A stretch of 42,411 nt of DNA from Acidimicrobiia bacterium (GTDB lineage: Bacteria > Actinomycetota > Acidimicrobiia > Spongiisociales > UBA4744): NCBI GenBank assembly GCA_024763085.1, contig JANTGE010000002.1, positions 1 through 42,411 on the forward strand, read 5' to 3'. Below the pieces are notes generated by a model. It had not been told where the DNA came from. It searched no databases and saw nothing but the letters and a program-made list of their open reading frames with translations. Positions within the stretch are counted from its first letter, which is position 1. Each line of letters starts with the position of its first letter. Below are positions 24,685 to 32,355 of this stretch, piece by piece. The position numbers and the translations under genes were made by a program.

Positions 24685-25443
24685 CTAGGCGATGGCCGGC
24701 CGGTCCGCTGCCACCAGGAGCCACGGTTGGTCGAGCATCAGGGCACCTTCTTCGATGCGGAGGTGCATGCCGGTATCGACACCGAGGAGTGCCAGTTTCC
24801 GCATGATCACTTGCAGGGGCTCGGAGAGTTCCGACGTCTCCGCCCAGTCTTCAAATCGGACGGTCTGTGTCCAGCGCTCCGTCGTCTCGATCCGTAGTCC
24901 GGCATCGTTGACCAGCGCAAGGATCGCCGACTCGGTGAGGGCCCGAACGTGACGGGGATCTCGGAGCGATTCGAGCGCGTTGTGGAGGGCCGCCGCCTCG
25001 GGGTCGTCTGACGTGACGATGTCGACCACCACCGCTACACCGCCGGGCCGCAGCACCCGGGCGGCTTCGCCGACGAGGACGGCCGGGTCCGCCAGATGTC
25101 GGAGCGACAGCCGGCAGACGACCGCGTCGAATGTGCCAGAGGCGTAGGGGAGTTCGTCGGAGCCGGTCAGGCCAATCGTGGCGACTCCATTTCGTCGCCG
25201 GTGCGCGGTGAGGTCGAGGGTGAGATCGACGCCGGCTACGGTCTCGAAACGATCACCGAACTCGTCCTTGAGCAGTGCCGGACCGCACGCCACCTCGAGT
25301 AACGACATGCCGGATCCGATGTGGCGGCGGATCCGCTCGAGTACGAGCCGGTCACGGAACGCAGGGGCGGTCCCCGGCTCGGCTCTCTTCGCGAAGTCGC
25401 CGGGCACCACCTTGGGATTCCACGGAGGGTCGACAGGCCCCAT
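24685..25443 (-). CDS. Class I SAM-dependent methyltransferase
   Basis: Motif I LLEVACGPALL, post-I GVDL, and motif III-like VLRPGGVAVVVD (Methyltransf_11/UbiE-like). Confidence 0.9.
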   Translation of the reverse strand: MGPVDPPWNPKVVPGDFAKRAEPGTAPAFRDRLVLERIRRHIGSGMSLLEVACGPALLKDEFGDRFETVAGVDLTLDLTAHRRRNGVATIGLTGSDELPYASGTFDAVVCRLSLRHLADPAVLVGEAARVLRPGGVAVVVDIVTSDDPEAAALHNALESLRDPRHVRALTESAILALVNDAGLRIETTERWTQTVRFEDWAETSELSEPLQVIMRKLALLGVDTGMHLRIEEGALMLDQPWLLVAADRPAIA

Positions 25444-25499
25444 GAAGTCATCCTACGCGCCCGCCAGATCCCCACTGGCGGGTGGAGAAGCGTGGGGGG

Positions 25500-26249
25500 T
25501 CAGCGTTGGGCGTTGGCGACGATGGCGTCGCGCACATACGGAGCCAGGTCCTCGGCAAACCCGTTCCAGTAGGCGGTGAAACGCTCGTCCTGAACGTACA
25601 TCTCGCCGAGACCGGCATGCATCTCCCTCGAACATGGATAGAACCAGGTGTCGATGTGAAGGCGGTGGCGTTCGGCTGCCTCCATCGCCTCGTCGCTGTC
25701 CGCCGGAACGCCGCGGAGCTTCAGCTGGGCAAACGCCTTGGACAGGTCATCCATCTCGGCGATGGCACGCCGCCACTCATCCTTCTTGTAGCGGGAGGTG
25801 CGGCGTTTCGACTCGTCGAGCGCCGGGCCGGACCAGCGGGCTTCCACTTCGGACTCGTATCGTTTCGGGTCGAAGTCCCCGAACACTTCGAACATGTCGT
25901 TGTCGGCCATCGTCGTTCCTTCCTTGTCTGCCTTCAGAGCTTTGTCTATGGCAGCGATCATCAATTGGAGGTGCTCGATCCGCCGCATCAGGAGTCCACG
26001 CTGCCGGCGCAGCGCCTCCCCTCGGTCATCGCCCGGATCGGTGAGCGCTTCTTCGATCTCGTCAAGACTGAATCCGAGCTCACGAAAGAACAGGACCTCC
26101 TGGAGACGTTCCAGGTCCCGGTGGTCGTAGAGCCGGTATCCGGCCGCGCTGCGTCCGCTGGGGCGGAGCAGCCCGATCCCGTCATAGTGATGTAGCGTGC
26201 GTTTCGTGATCCCGGCGAGGCGTGCCACCTCGCCCACCGTGTAGGCCAT
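25500..26249 (-). CDS. MerR-family transcriptional regulator with TipAS-type antibiotic-recognition domain (TipAL/Mta-like)
   Basis: The N-terminal MAYTVGEVARLAGITKRTLHHYDGIGLLRPSGRSAAGYRLYDHRDLERLQEVLFFRELGFSLDEI is a MerR HTH plus coiled coil. The C-terminal region has the W/Y-rich TipAS pattern. Confidence 0.9.
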   Translation of the reverse strand: MAYTVGEVARLAGITKRTLHHYDGIGLLRPSGRSAAGYRLYDHRDLERLQEVLFFRELGFSLDEIEEALTDPGDDRGEALRRQRGLLMRRIEHLQLMIAAIDKALKADKEGTTMADNDMFEVFGDFDPKRYESEVEARWSGPALDESKRRTSRYKKDEWRRAIAEMDDLSKAFAQLKLRGVPADSDEAMEAAERHRLHIDTWFYPCSREMHAGLGEMYVQDERFTAYWNGFAEDLAPYVRDAIVANAQR

Positions 26250-26255
26250 ACCGGC

Positions 26256-26286
26256 ACGCTAGACCATGACGTAACGTAAGGGTCAA
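26256..26286 (-). promoter_or_regulatory. MerR-type promoter candidate with 19-bp spacer (ptipA-like), probably giving a leaderless regulator mRNA
   Basis: On the minus strand: TTGACC (26286-26281), a 19-nt spacer cttacgttacgtcatggtc containing an imperfect dyad, then TAGCGT (26261-26256). The regulator ATG at 26249 lies 7 nt after the -10. Confidence 0.45.
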
Positions 26287-26309
26287 GGCGTTTTTCTAAG
26301 CTGCCGCCT

Positions 26310-27182
26310 ATGCGTCGCCTGCCGGCTCCCGTGTTGCTCGGTATCTCCTCGTTGCTGTGGGGCGGCAACTTCGTCGTTGGTCGGGCGGCGGCGTCGTCGA
26401 TTCCGCCGATCGCGCTGAGCTTCTACCGCTGGTTGACGGCGTTGGTCGTCCTGGCGGCGATGGCCGGCCCGGCCACGCTGAGGGCTGTGCCGGTGCTGCG
26501 CCGGCACATTGGATGGCTCCTGCTGTCGTCGTTCACCGGCGTGCTGCTCTTCCACACGCTCGTGTACACCGGTCTGCACACCACGACCGCCATCAACGCC
26601 AGCCTGATCGTGGCCACTTCGCCGGTGATCATCCCCATCGTCGTGTACCTGATCGACCGGGAGCACATCACGGCACGGGAGGGAGTCGGCATCGTTGCCA
26701 CCATGGCAGGGGTCGTCGTCGTGTTGACCCGCGGCGATCTGGGGGCCCTCAGCGGTCTCCGCTTCGCCGCCGGGGACCTGATGATCCTTGGTGCGGTCAC
26801 CGCGTGGGCGGTCTATTCGGTCTGGCTGCGGCGCCGCCCTCCCGTCCCACCGCTGGTGGTCGTCACGTCGGTCGCCGCGGTCGGCACCCTCATGATCTTG
26901 CCGTTCTATGTGTGGGAGGCGGCCGCAGTCGGCGGGTTCGCCTGGAACGTGCCGAATCTCGCCACGATCCTCTACGTTGGCATCTTTGCCTCGGTGATCG
27001 CCTACATCACCTGGAACCAGGGCGTGGTCGAAATCGGTCCGACGAAGGCGGGTCCCTATCTCAACCTCATGCCGCTGTTCGCCGCGATCCTCGCCGTGGT
27101 GTTCCTCGGCGAGTCGATCCACCTGTATCACATCGTCGGTGCCGTGTTCATCGGTGCAGGGCTCTGGATCAGCACACGATGA
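26310..27182 (+). CDS. DMT superfamily (EamA-like) transporter
   Basis: LGISSLLWGGNFVVGRAA...10 TM segments with duplicated EamA halves. Divergent from the MerR regulator. Confidence 0.9.
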   Translation: MRRLPAPVLLGISSLLWGGNFVVGRAAASSIPPIALSFYRWLTALVVLAAMAGPATLRAVPVLRRHIGWLLLSSFTGVLLFHTLVYTGLHTTTAINASLIVATSPVIIPIVVYLIDREHITAREGVGIVATMAGVVVVLTRGDLGALSGLRFAAGDLMILGAVTAWAVYSVWLRRRPPVPPLVVVTSVAAVGTLMILPFYVWEAAAVGGFAWNVPNLATILYVGIFASVIAYITWNQGVVEIGPTKAGPYLNLMPLFAAILAVVFLGESIHLYHIVGAVFIGAGLWISTR

Positions 27183-27244
27183 TGTGACAAGATGCCCTGC
27201 ATGGTGACACAACTACTCGGTTGGCATGTGTGTATAGTATGCGC

Positions 27245-27472
27245 ATGGCCCGTGTCAACGTGTACCTGCCGGACGACCTCGCCGCTGCCGCGAAGGAATA
27301 CGAACTGAACATCTCCGGCATCACCCAGGAAGCCCTGCGGCAGCGTCTGTCCGCCGTTCGAGTGGACCGGTGGCTGGACGGAGTGACGTCGAGCCGGCCC
27401 CTGGGCATCGGCCACGAAGCCATCGAGGATGCGATCGCCGCCGCCAAGGAAGAAGTCGAACGCCGTGACTGA
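27245..27472 (+). CDS. Type II antitoxin, CcdA/RHH-like (VapB partner)
   Basis: MARVNVYLPDDLAAAAKEYELNISGITQEALRQRLSAVRVDRW resembles the CcdA-family NISG block. TATAGT (27233-27238) lies 6 nt upstream of ATG 27245, which suggests a leaderless transcript. Alternative starts at 27239 and 27221. Confidence 0.75.
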   Translation: MARVNVYLPDDLAAAAKEYELNISGITQEALRQRLSAVRVDRWLDGVTSSRPLGIGHEAIEDAIAAAKEEVERRD

Positions 27473-27863
27473 GGTGCTTGTCGTTGACGCATCGGCGGTG
27501 GTCGACCTTTTGGTCGGATCAGAGTTGGCGTCGGATGTCGAGCGGCGGCTTCGAGGATGTGAGGTGCACGTTCCGGCCCATTTCGACGCGGAGGTAGCCG
27601 CCGCGCTCGGCAGGTTGTACCGGGGTGGCTTGCTGACCTCCCGTCAGGCCGGCGCCCGACTGCGGCGGGTGGCCGATGCGCCGTTCACCCGGCACCTGTT
27701 GCCGTCGCTTCTCGCCGGTGCCTGGAGGCGTCGCGACAACGTACGGCTCGTCGACGGTTTCTACATCGAGCTTGCCGAACAGCTCGAAGCCCGGTTGGTG
27801 ACGACGGACCGCCGGCTCGCCGCCGCCTATCGGGAGGCTGATTACGTCGGTGGGAGTCTGTAG
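27465..27863 (+). CDS. vapC: PIN-domain ribonuclease toxin VapC
   Basis: VLVVDASAVVDLL (first acidic residue), HFDAEV, YIELAEQL and LVTTDRRL are PIN signature positions. GTG 27465 overlaps the antitoxin stop by 8 nt. Confidence 0.85.
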   Translation: MTEVLVVDASAVVDLLVGSELASDVERRLRGCEVHVPAHFDAEVAAALGRLYRGGLLTSRQAGARLRRVADAPFTRHLLPSLLAGAWRRRDNVRLVDGFYIELAEQLEARLVTTDRRLAAAYREADYVGGSL

Positions 27864-27867
27864 CCGG

Positions 27868-28953
27868 CTACACGAACCGGGCCGGGTCGAGTCGCGTCGC
27901 ATCGACGCCCTCCGGGGTCTCGGTGATGAGACCTGCGGCGGTTTGTGCCATCGCCGGCGAGGTCATGATGCCGAACCCGCCCTGACCGACCAGCCAGAAG
28001 AACCCGGGTACCTCGGGATCCCAGCCGACCACGGGCTTGCGGTCCGGAGCAAAGGTGCGCAGCCCCGCCCACGCGGTCTTGACATGACGGATGTGCATGG
28101 TCGTGGCCTGCTGGATCCGGTCGATGGCGATGGCGACGTCGATCTCCTCGTGGCGGACGTCACACGGCTCCATGGGGGTTTCGTCGCAGGGTGAGGCGAG
28201 GAGCATCACTCCGTCAGGCTTGAAATAGAAGGACTCTTCAACGTCGATGACCATCGGCTGGCCGCTCATGTCCACAGGCGGCTGGAACGTGAAGGCGGTG
28301 CGTCGCAGGGGCGTCAGCCCGAGCGGCCGGACGCCGGCCAGGGCGGCGATCTGGTCGGCCCAGGCGCCGGATGCGTTGACGACGACGGGAGTCTGGATGG
28401 TCCCGTCGGCAGTCTCGACGGTCCAGGCCGTGTCGTGGTGTAAGCCGGTGACCTCGGCGTTGGATCGGACCTGTCCGCCTCGCCGGCGGAGACCGCGCAG
28501 GAAGCCCTGGTGCAGGGCGTGGACGTCGATACTCATGGCACCTGATTCCAAGAGTGCACCAGCCAGATAGTCGGGATCGAGTACCGGACATAGCTCGATG
28601 GCCTCTGACGTCTCGATGCGCTGCAGAAGCCGTGCCGATCGTCCGAGTTCCTCTTCGAGGAGCCGGAGCTGATCCTCTCTCGCGATGAACATCACCGGCA
28701 GCGGCGTCAGGATCGGCACGTCGGTGAAACCCTCAGGGGGATGTTCGAGGAATGGCCGGCTGGCCCTCGTCAAGGAGCGGACGTCATCGCTCTCATACGC
28801 CTCGGTGAACACCGCAGCGGAACGGCCGGTCGTGTGATAGCCCGGCACCGCCTCCCGCTCGACGACGACCACCCTGCCATGGGCGGCGAGCTCAAAGGCA
28901 ACCGAGGCGCCGGCGATCCCGGCACCGATGACGACGAAATCGGCGGCCTCCAT
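27868..28953 (-). CDS. FAD-dependent oxidoreductase (DAO / glycine-D-amino-acid oxidase-like)
   Basis: The N-terminal dinucleotide fold DFVVIGAGIAGASVAFELA...VVVVERE, then TTGRSAAV and a DAO-like C-terminus. Confidence 0.9.
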   Translation of the reverse strand: MEAADFVVIGAGIAGASVAFELAAHGRVVVVEREAVPGYHTTGRSAAVFTEAYESDDVRSLTRASRPFLEHPPEGFTDVPILTPLPVMFIAREDQLRLLEEELGRSARLLQRIETSEAIELCPVLDPDYLAGALLESGAMSIDVHALHQGFLRGLRRRGGQVRSNAEVTGLHHDTAWTVETADGTIQTPVVVNASGAWADQIAALAGVRPLGLTPLRRTAFTFQPPVDMSGQPMVIDVEESFYFKPDGVMLLASPCDETPMEPCDVRHEEIDVAIAIDRIQQATTMHIRHVKTAWAGLRTFAPDRKPVVGWDPEVPGFFWLVGQGGFGIMTSPAMAQTAAGLITETPEGVDATRLDPARFV

Positions 28954-29082
28954 GGCGGCATCCTATTTCCCCTGCAGGTCTGACGGCGGTGCGGTAGGGC
29001 GCGAGGGCTATGACTACCGGTCCCGCTCCGACACGATGCGCCCTCACGTGGGGCTCGTCGGAGCGTGTAGCCAAAGGGGCCC

Positions 29083-29562
29083 TCAGTCGTCGGGGCGACG
29101 CACGTAGCTGCTGGCTCGCAGGTATCGACCCTCGGACCGGATCATCATCCCTTCGTCCACCATCTCCCGGCGAAGGGTGGCGACGTCGGTGTGGTATCGA
29201 CCAAGGATCGCGTTCACCTCGGCCTCCGAGTAGACCTGCTGCGGGGCAAAATCTTCGAGGAGACGTTCGAGCACGAACACGCGCTTCTTCCGTTGCGCCG
29301 GGATGGACTCCAGTCGTCCGTCCTTGAAGAACGCCCGTTCCGTGGTTTGCCGTTTCGAGGAGCGGTGCTGGTTGGAGTACCGCTCCAGCCAGGACATGAG
29401 TTCGTGAGCAGCGACTCGCCACTCTTTTCCGATCTTGTAGCCAGGGAGCTCTCCCGATCGGAGCTTCCGGAGTACCACCTGCTGGTTGAGTTTCAGCTTT
29501 TCGGCGACTTCTTGCGAGGTGAGGAAGTCGATGTCACGGATGTTGTCGCCCATGATCGGCAC
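29083..29562 (-). CDS. Excisionase-type HTH DNA-binding protein fused to a DUF2087-like domain
   Basis: LTSQEVAEKLKLNQQVVLRKLRSGELPGYKIGKEWRV is a helix-turn-helix_17/excisionase-like motif. The C-terminal FFKDGRLESIPAQRKKRVFVLERLLEDF...EAEVNAIL resembles DUF2087. Confidence 0.7.
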   Translation of the reverse strand: MPIMGDNIRDIDFLTSQEVAEKLKLNQQVVLRKLRSGELPGYKIGKEWRVAAHELMSWLERYSNQHRSSKRQTTERAFFKDGRLESIPAQRKKRVFVLERLLEDFAPQQVYSEAEVNAILGRYHTDVATLRREMVDEGMMIRSEGRYLRASSYVRRPDD

Positions 29563-29593
29563 TATAGAGGACGATGCATGATGATGTGATACT

Positions 29594-29944
29594 TTATGGC
29601 AGCGCAGCGGCGATGATGGCGGCCGCCATGTCGGGGTCCGGCACCGACAGCACTACGCGGGCGTACTTCCAGCCTTCGGTGTCGATCACCAGTAGCTTTT
29701 CCCGACGGACTGCCGCCCAGAACTGGGTGGCGTCGCCGACTCCGTAGAGCCCGTACCGGGCGACTCCCGGCAGGTGCGTGCCGAGCTTGCGAAACAGCGA
29801 CCCGTAGGGGACCTCGTTGCGTTTGACCGAGCGCACCGAGGTGATCGTCTCGATCGGGATGGAGAGACGGTGCCGGAAGGCCAGGAGGGTCTCTATCGGC
29901 GATAGCGTGACGGTGACTGTCTGCAGATCGGTCTCGATCTTCAT
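29594..29944 (-). CDS. Hypothetical protein (possibly bacterial PH-like fold)
   Basis: 116-aa ORF with good codon bias, 10 nt downstream of the APH-like gene. No motif recognised with confidence. Confidence 0.55.
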   Translation of the reverse strand: MKIETDLQTVTVTLSPIETLLAFRHRLSIPIETITSVRSVKRNEVPYGSLFRKLGTHLPGVARYGLYGVGDATQFWAAVRREKLLVIDTEGWKYARVVLSVPDPDMAAAIIAAALP

Positions 29945-29953
29945 GCCTGAAGC

Positions 29954-30928
29954 CTAAGCCCAGGTGTCGAGAAACGATCGCAGCCGTTCGAACGCATGGT
30001 CGAAGAAGTCGGTTGGGCCGTCGTCCATGTTGAGGACGAAGTTGATGAACATGACGGTCCGCGCCGCCATGAATTGTTCGAGTTGCCCCGGGTACTCCAC
30101 CGGCCATGGCGCCACCGTCCGGTATCCCTCCTCGAAGGCAGCCCGCAGCGCCGGATACCGCGGGTCGGACCTTCCGTAGAAGAGGGTGATGGCCACATCC
30201 TGCACCGGATGGCCCCACGCGACGTCTTCGAAGTCGAGGGCGATCATGCGGTTGCGGTAGACGTGGACGTTCCACATGTGGAGGTCGGCGTGGATGATCT
30301 GGGCGCCGCCGGGATCGAGCCTCGCGTAGGCGGGTTCGACGGCGGCGATCGTGCGCTCGAGGAGTTCGAGACGGTCTCCGGTGAAGTGATGGGCATGTTC
30401 GGGGAGTCGGTAGACGATGGGATCGGTCGGCCAGTAGAAGACCGTGTCCATCGCCATGGGCCGGCGAGGGGGCTGGAACGTCGCCCCGTGGAGGTGGAGG
30501 CGGGCCGACAGGCTCCCGAGTCGCCGGTACTGGGTGGGCGTCATGTGGTCTTCGAGAGGGCGTCCAGGGATCCATTCGAACAGGGTGCATCGTCGTGCCC
30601 CCGGGACACCGACCGCTTCCTCCCGGACGAACGGCTCGCCCGACCGGGCGTGTACCAGCCTGACGACGTCCAGGTCGGTGTCGTTCGCCAGCGCGTCGAG
30701 CCAGGCTGCTTCGACCTCGGCGCTCTCGTCCGGATGTTCCTGGAGATAGTCGATCCTGAGCGCCAACGGCCCATCGGCCGTGTCGACACGGAAGATGGCA
30801 TTGGTGAATCCACCGACGAGACGAAGGCGGAGGGGCTCGAGGTCGTAGTGTCGCAAAGCTGCCAGTGCGAGCGGTCGAAGCCGGCGGAACTTCCCTGCCT
30901 CGGTGAGTTGTTCCCAGCGCTTTGCCAT
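29954..30928 (-). CDS. Aminoglycoside/choline-kinase-type phosphotransferase (APH family)
   Basis: Brenner/catalytic loop IIHADLHMWNV and DFED metal-binding motif. The N-terminal lobe has GGFTNAIFRV. ATG 30928 chosen over the longer track start. Confidence 0.85.
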   Translation of the reverse strand: MAKRWEQLTEAGKFRRLRPLALAALRHYDLEPLRLRLVGGFTNAIFRVDTADGPLALRIDYLQEHPDESAEVEAAWLDALANDTDLDVVRLVHARSGEPFVREEAVGVPGARRCTLFEWIPGRPLEDHMTPTQYRRLGSLSARLHLHGATFQPPRRPMAMDTVFYWPTDPIVYRLPEHAHHFTGDRLELLERTIAAVEPAYARLDPGGAQIIHADLHMWNVHVYRNRMIALDFEDVAWGHPVQDVAITLFYGRSDPRYPALRAAFEEGYRTVAPWPVEYPGQLEQFMAARTVMFINFVLNMDDGPTDFFDHAFERLRSFLDTWA

Positions 30929-30993
30929 CGGGCAAGCGTAGACGCATGGACGTTGTGCGAGTCTCCGCCTGGCCGACCGGTAGGGTGTCCGAC

Positions 30994-31548
30994 ATGGCAT
31001 TCATCCAGACCTCCGACGACCGGGAGTGGGACGGGCAGCTCGGGGAGCTACGGGCCAAGGTGGTCGACCCGAGATACGGGCGGGTCGACCACATCATGTC
31101 GATCCACTCCCTCGACCCGGAGAGCATGCGAGTCCACCTGGACCTGTATCGGCAGGCAATGCGCAGCACCAAGACGCTGCGCAAGGTCGATCGGGAGATG
31201 ATCGCTCTCGTCGTGAGCCAGATCAACGACTGCCACTACTGAGTGACTCATCACCGGCGCGGGCTGCGCCGGCTGCTGAAGGACGACGAGCTTCTCGGTC
31301 GGATCGAGACCGATTTCGAAACGGCGGGCCTGGAGGAGCGCCGGGTGGCGATGCTTCGGTTCGCTGCAAAGCTGACCCGCACTCCATCGGAGATGACCCG
31401 GGCCGATGTCGACAACCTGCGAGACAATGGGTTCTCCGATCGGGACGTCCTCCATGTCACCGAGGTCGTCGCCTACTACGCCTACGCCAACCGGATCGCC
31501 GACGGCCTCGGGGTGGAACTGGAGCCGTGGATTCCCGACGACGATTGA
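30994..31548 (+). CDS. AhpD-like / carboxymuconolactone decarboxylase-family 'peroxidase-related enzyme' containing an in-frame TGA (31240-31242): candidate selenoprotein (CxxU) or nonsense pseudogene
   Basis: Track ORFs 30922..31242 and 31243..31548 share one frame and are separated only by TGA. The joined product reads ...REMIALVVSQINDCHY[TGA]VTHHRRGLRRLL...DVLHVTEVVAYYAYANRIADGLGVELEPW. This matches the family block N-x-C-H-Y-C-V-x-H-H, with TGA at the second Cys. Confidence 0.6.
31254..31272 (+). promoter_or_regulatory. SECIS-like hairpin candidate 11 nt downstream of the in-frame TGA
   Basis: CCGGCGC (31254-31260) / GCGCCGG (31266-31272) form a perfect 7-bp stem with loop GGGCU. The spacer from UGA is GUGACUCAUCA (11 nt). 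GC-rich hairpins can also arise by chance at this GC content. Confidence 0.3.
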
Positions 31549-31614
31549 GCCGGCGCCCCGATTTTGGTGGGAGGCATCTCCAGACCAGCATCCGGACCGA
31601 CCAGAGGTGCTCTG

Positions 31615-32355
31615 ATGAAGCTGTGGAAACGCCTGCTGATCGGCCTCGCGGTGGTGTTCGTGATCGCTGCGGGTGCCTTCGTCGTGTGGGGACTCAACCC
31701 ACTGCCGGCTATGCCCGAGGCGCTCGCTGCCCTCGCTCCGGACGATATGGTCATGGTCACCGAGACGCCGTGGCTGGAGTTCGCGCCACGGGACCAGCAT
31801 CCGACGATCGGGTTCGTCCTCTATCCCGGCGGCCATGTCGACCCCCGTGCCTACGCTCCGCCGGCCCGGGCGATCGCCGAACATGGCTACCTCGTAGCGA
31901 TCCCTCCGATGCCGTTGAACCTGGCGGTGCTCGCCCCGGGGCGGGCGGCGTCGGTGATGGAGGCCCATCCCGAAATCGACCGGTGGGTCATCGGCGGCCA
32001 CTCGTTGGGAGGAGCCATGGCGGCCAACTTCGCCTACCGGCACCCCAACGCGGTCTCGGGGATCGTCCTGTGGGCCTCCTATCCGGCAGGCTCCAACCCT
32101 CTCGGTGATCTGGATCTGCCGGTGCTCTCGATCTATGGAACCGAAGACATGGGACTCGACGGCATCCTCGCGAACCGTGACCTGCTGCCGGCAGACACCG
32201 AGTGGGTCGTCATCGACGGAGGCAACCACGCCCAGTTCGGCTGGTACGGCGACCAACCTGGCGACAACGAGGCGCTCATCTCCAGAGAAGAGCAGCAGCA
32301 GCAGATCATCGAGGCGACCATACGACTCCTCGAAGCGATGGAGGCTGCGTCATGA
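31615..32355 (+). CDS. Membrane-anchored alpha/beta hydrolase
   Basis: N-terminal TM (LLIGLAVVFVIAAGAFVVWG). Nucleophile elbow GGHSLGG. ATG 31615 with AGAGGTG RBS. Confidence 0.85.
   Translation: MKLWKRLLIGLAVVFVIAAGAFVVWGLNPLPAMPEALAALAPDDMVMVTETPWLEFAPRDQHPTIGFVLYPGGHVDPRAYAPPARAIAEHGYLVAIPPMPLNLAVLAPGRAASVMEAHPEIDRWVIGGHSLGGAMAANFAYRHPNAVSGIVLWASYPAGSNPLGDLDLPVLSIYGTEDMGLDGILANRDLLPADTEWVVIDGGNHAQFGWYGDQPGDNEALISREEQQQQIIEATIRLLEAMEAAS

Noticed and set aside
29562-31226. 554-aa minus-strand ORF spanning the PH-like, APH and AhpD-like loci
   Set aside because: The product is extremely Arg/Pro-rich. It overlaps three better-supported genes on both strands and has no recognisable domain.
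31243-31548. Treating 31243..31548 as an independent gene starting at GTG 31243
   Set aside because: The GTG is the codon immediately after the in-frame TGA, and the product would begin in the middle of the AhpD/CMD active-site helix (VTHH...). It is better explained as the 3' part of one gene, either recoded or a pseudogene.
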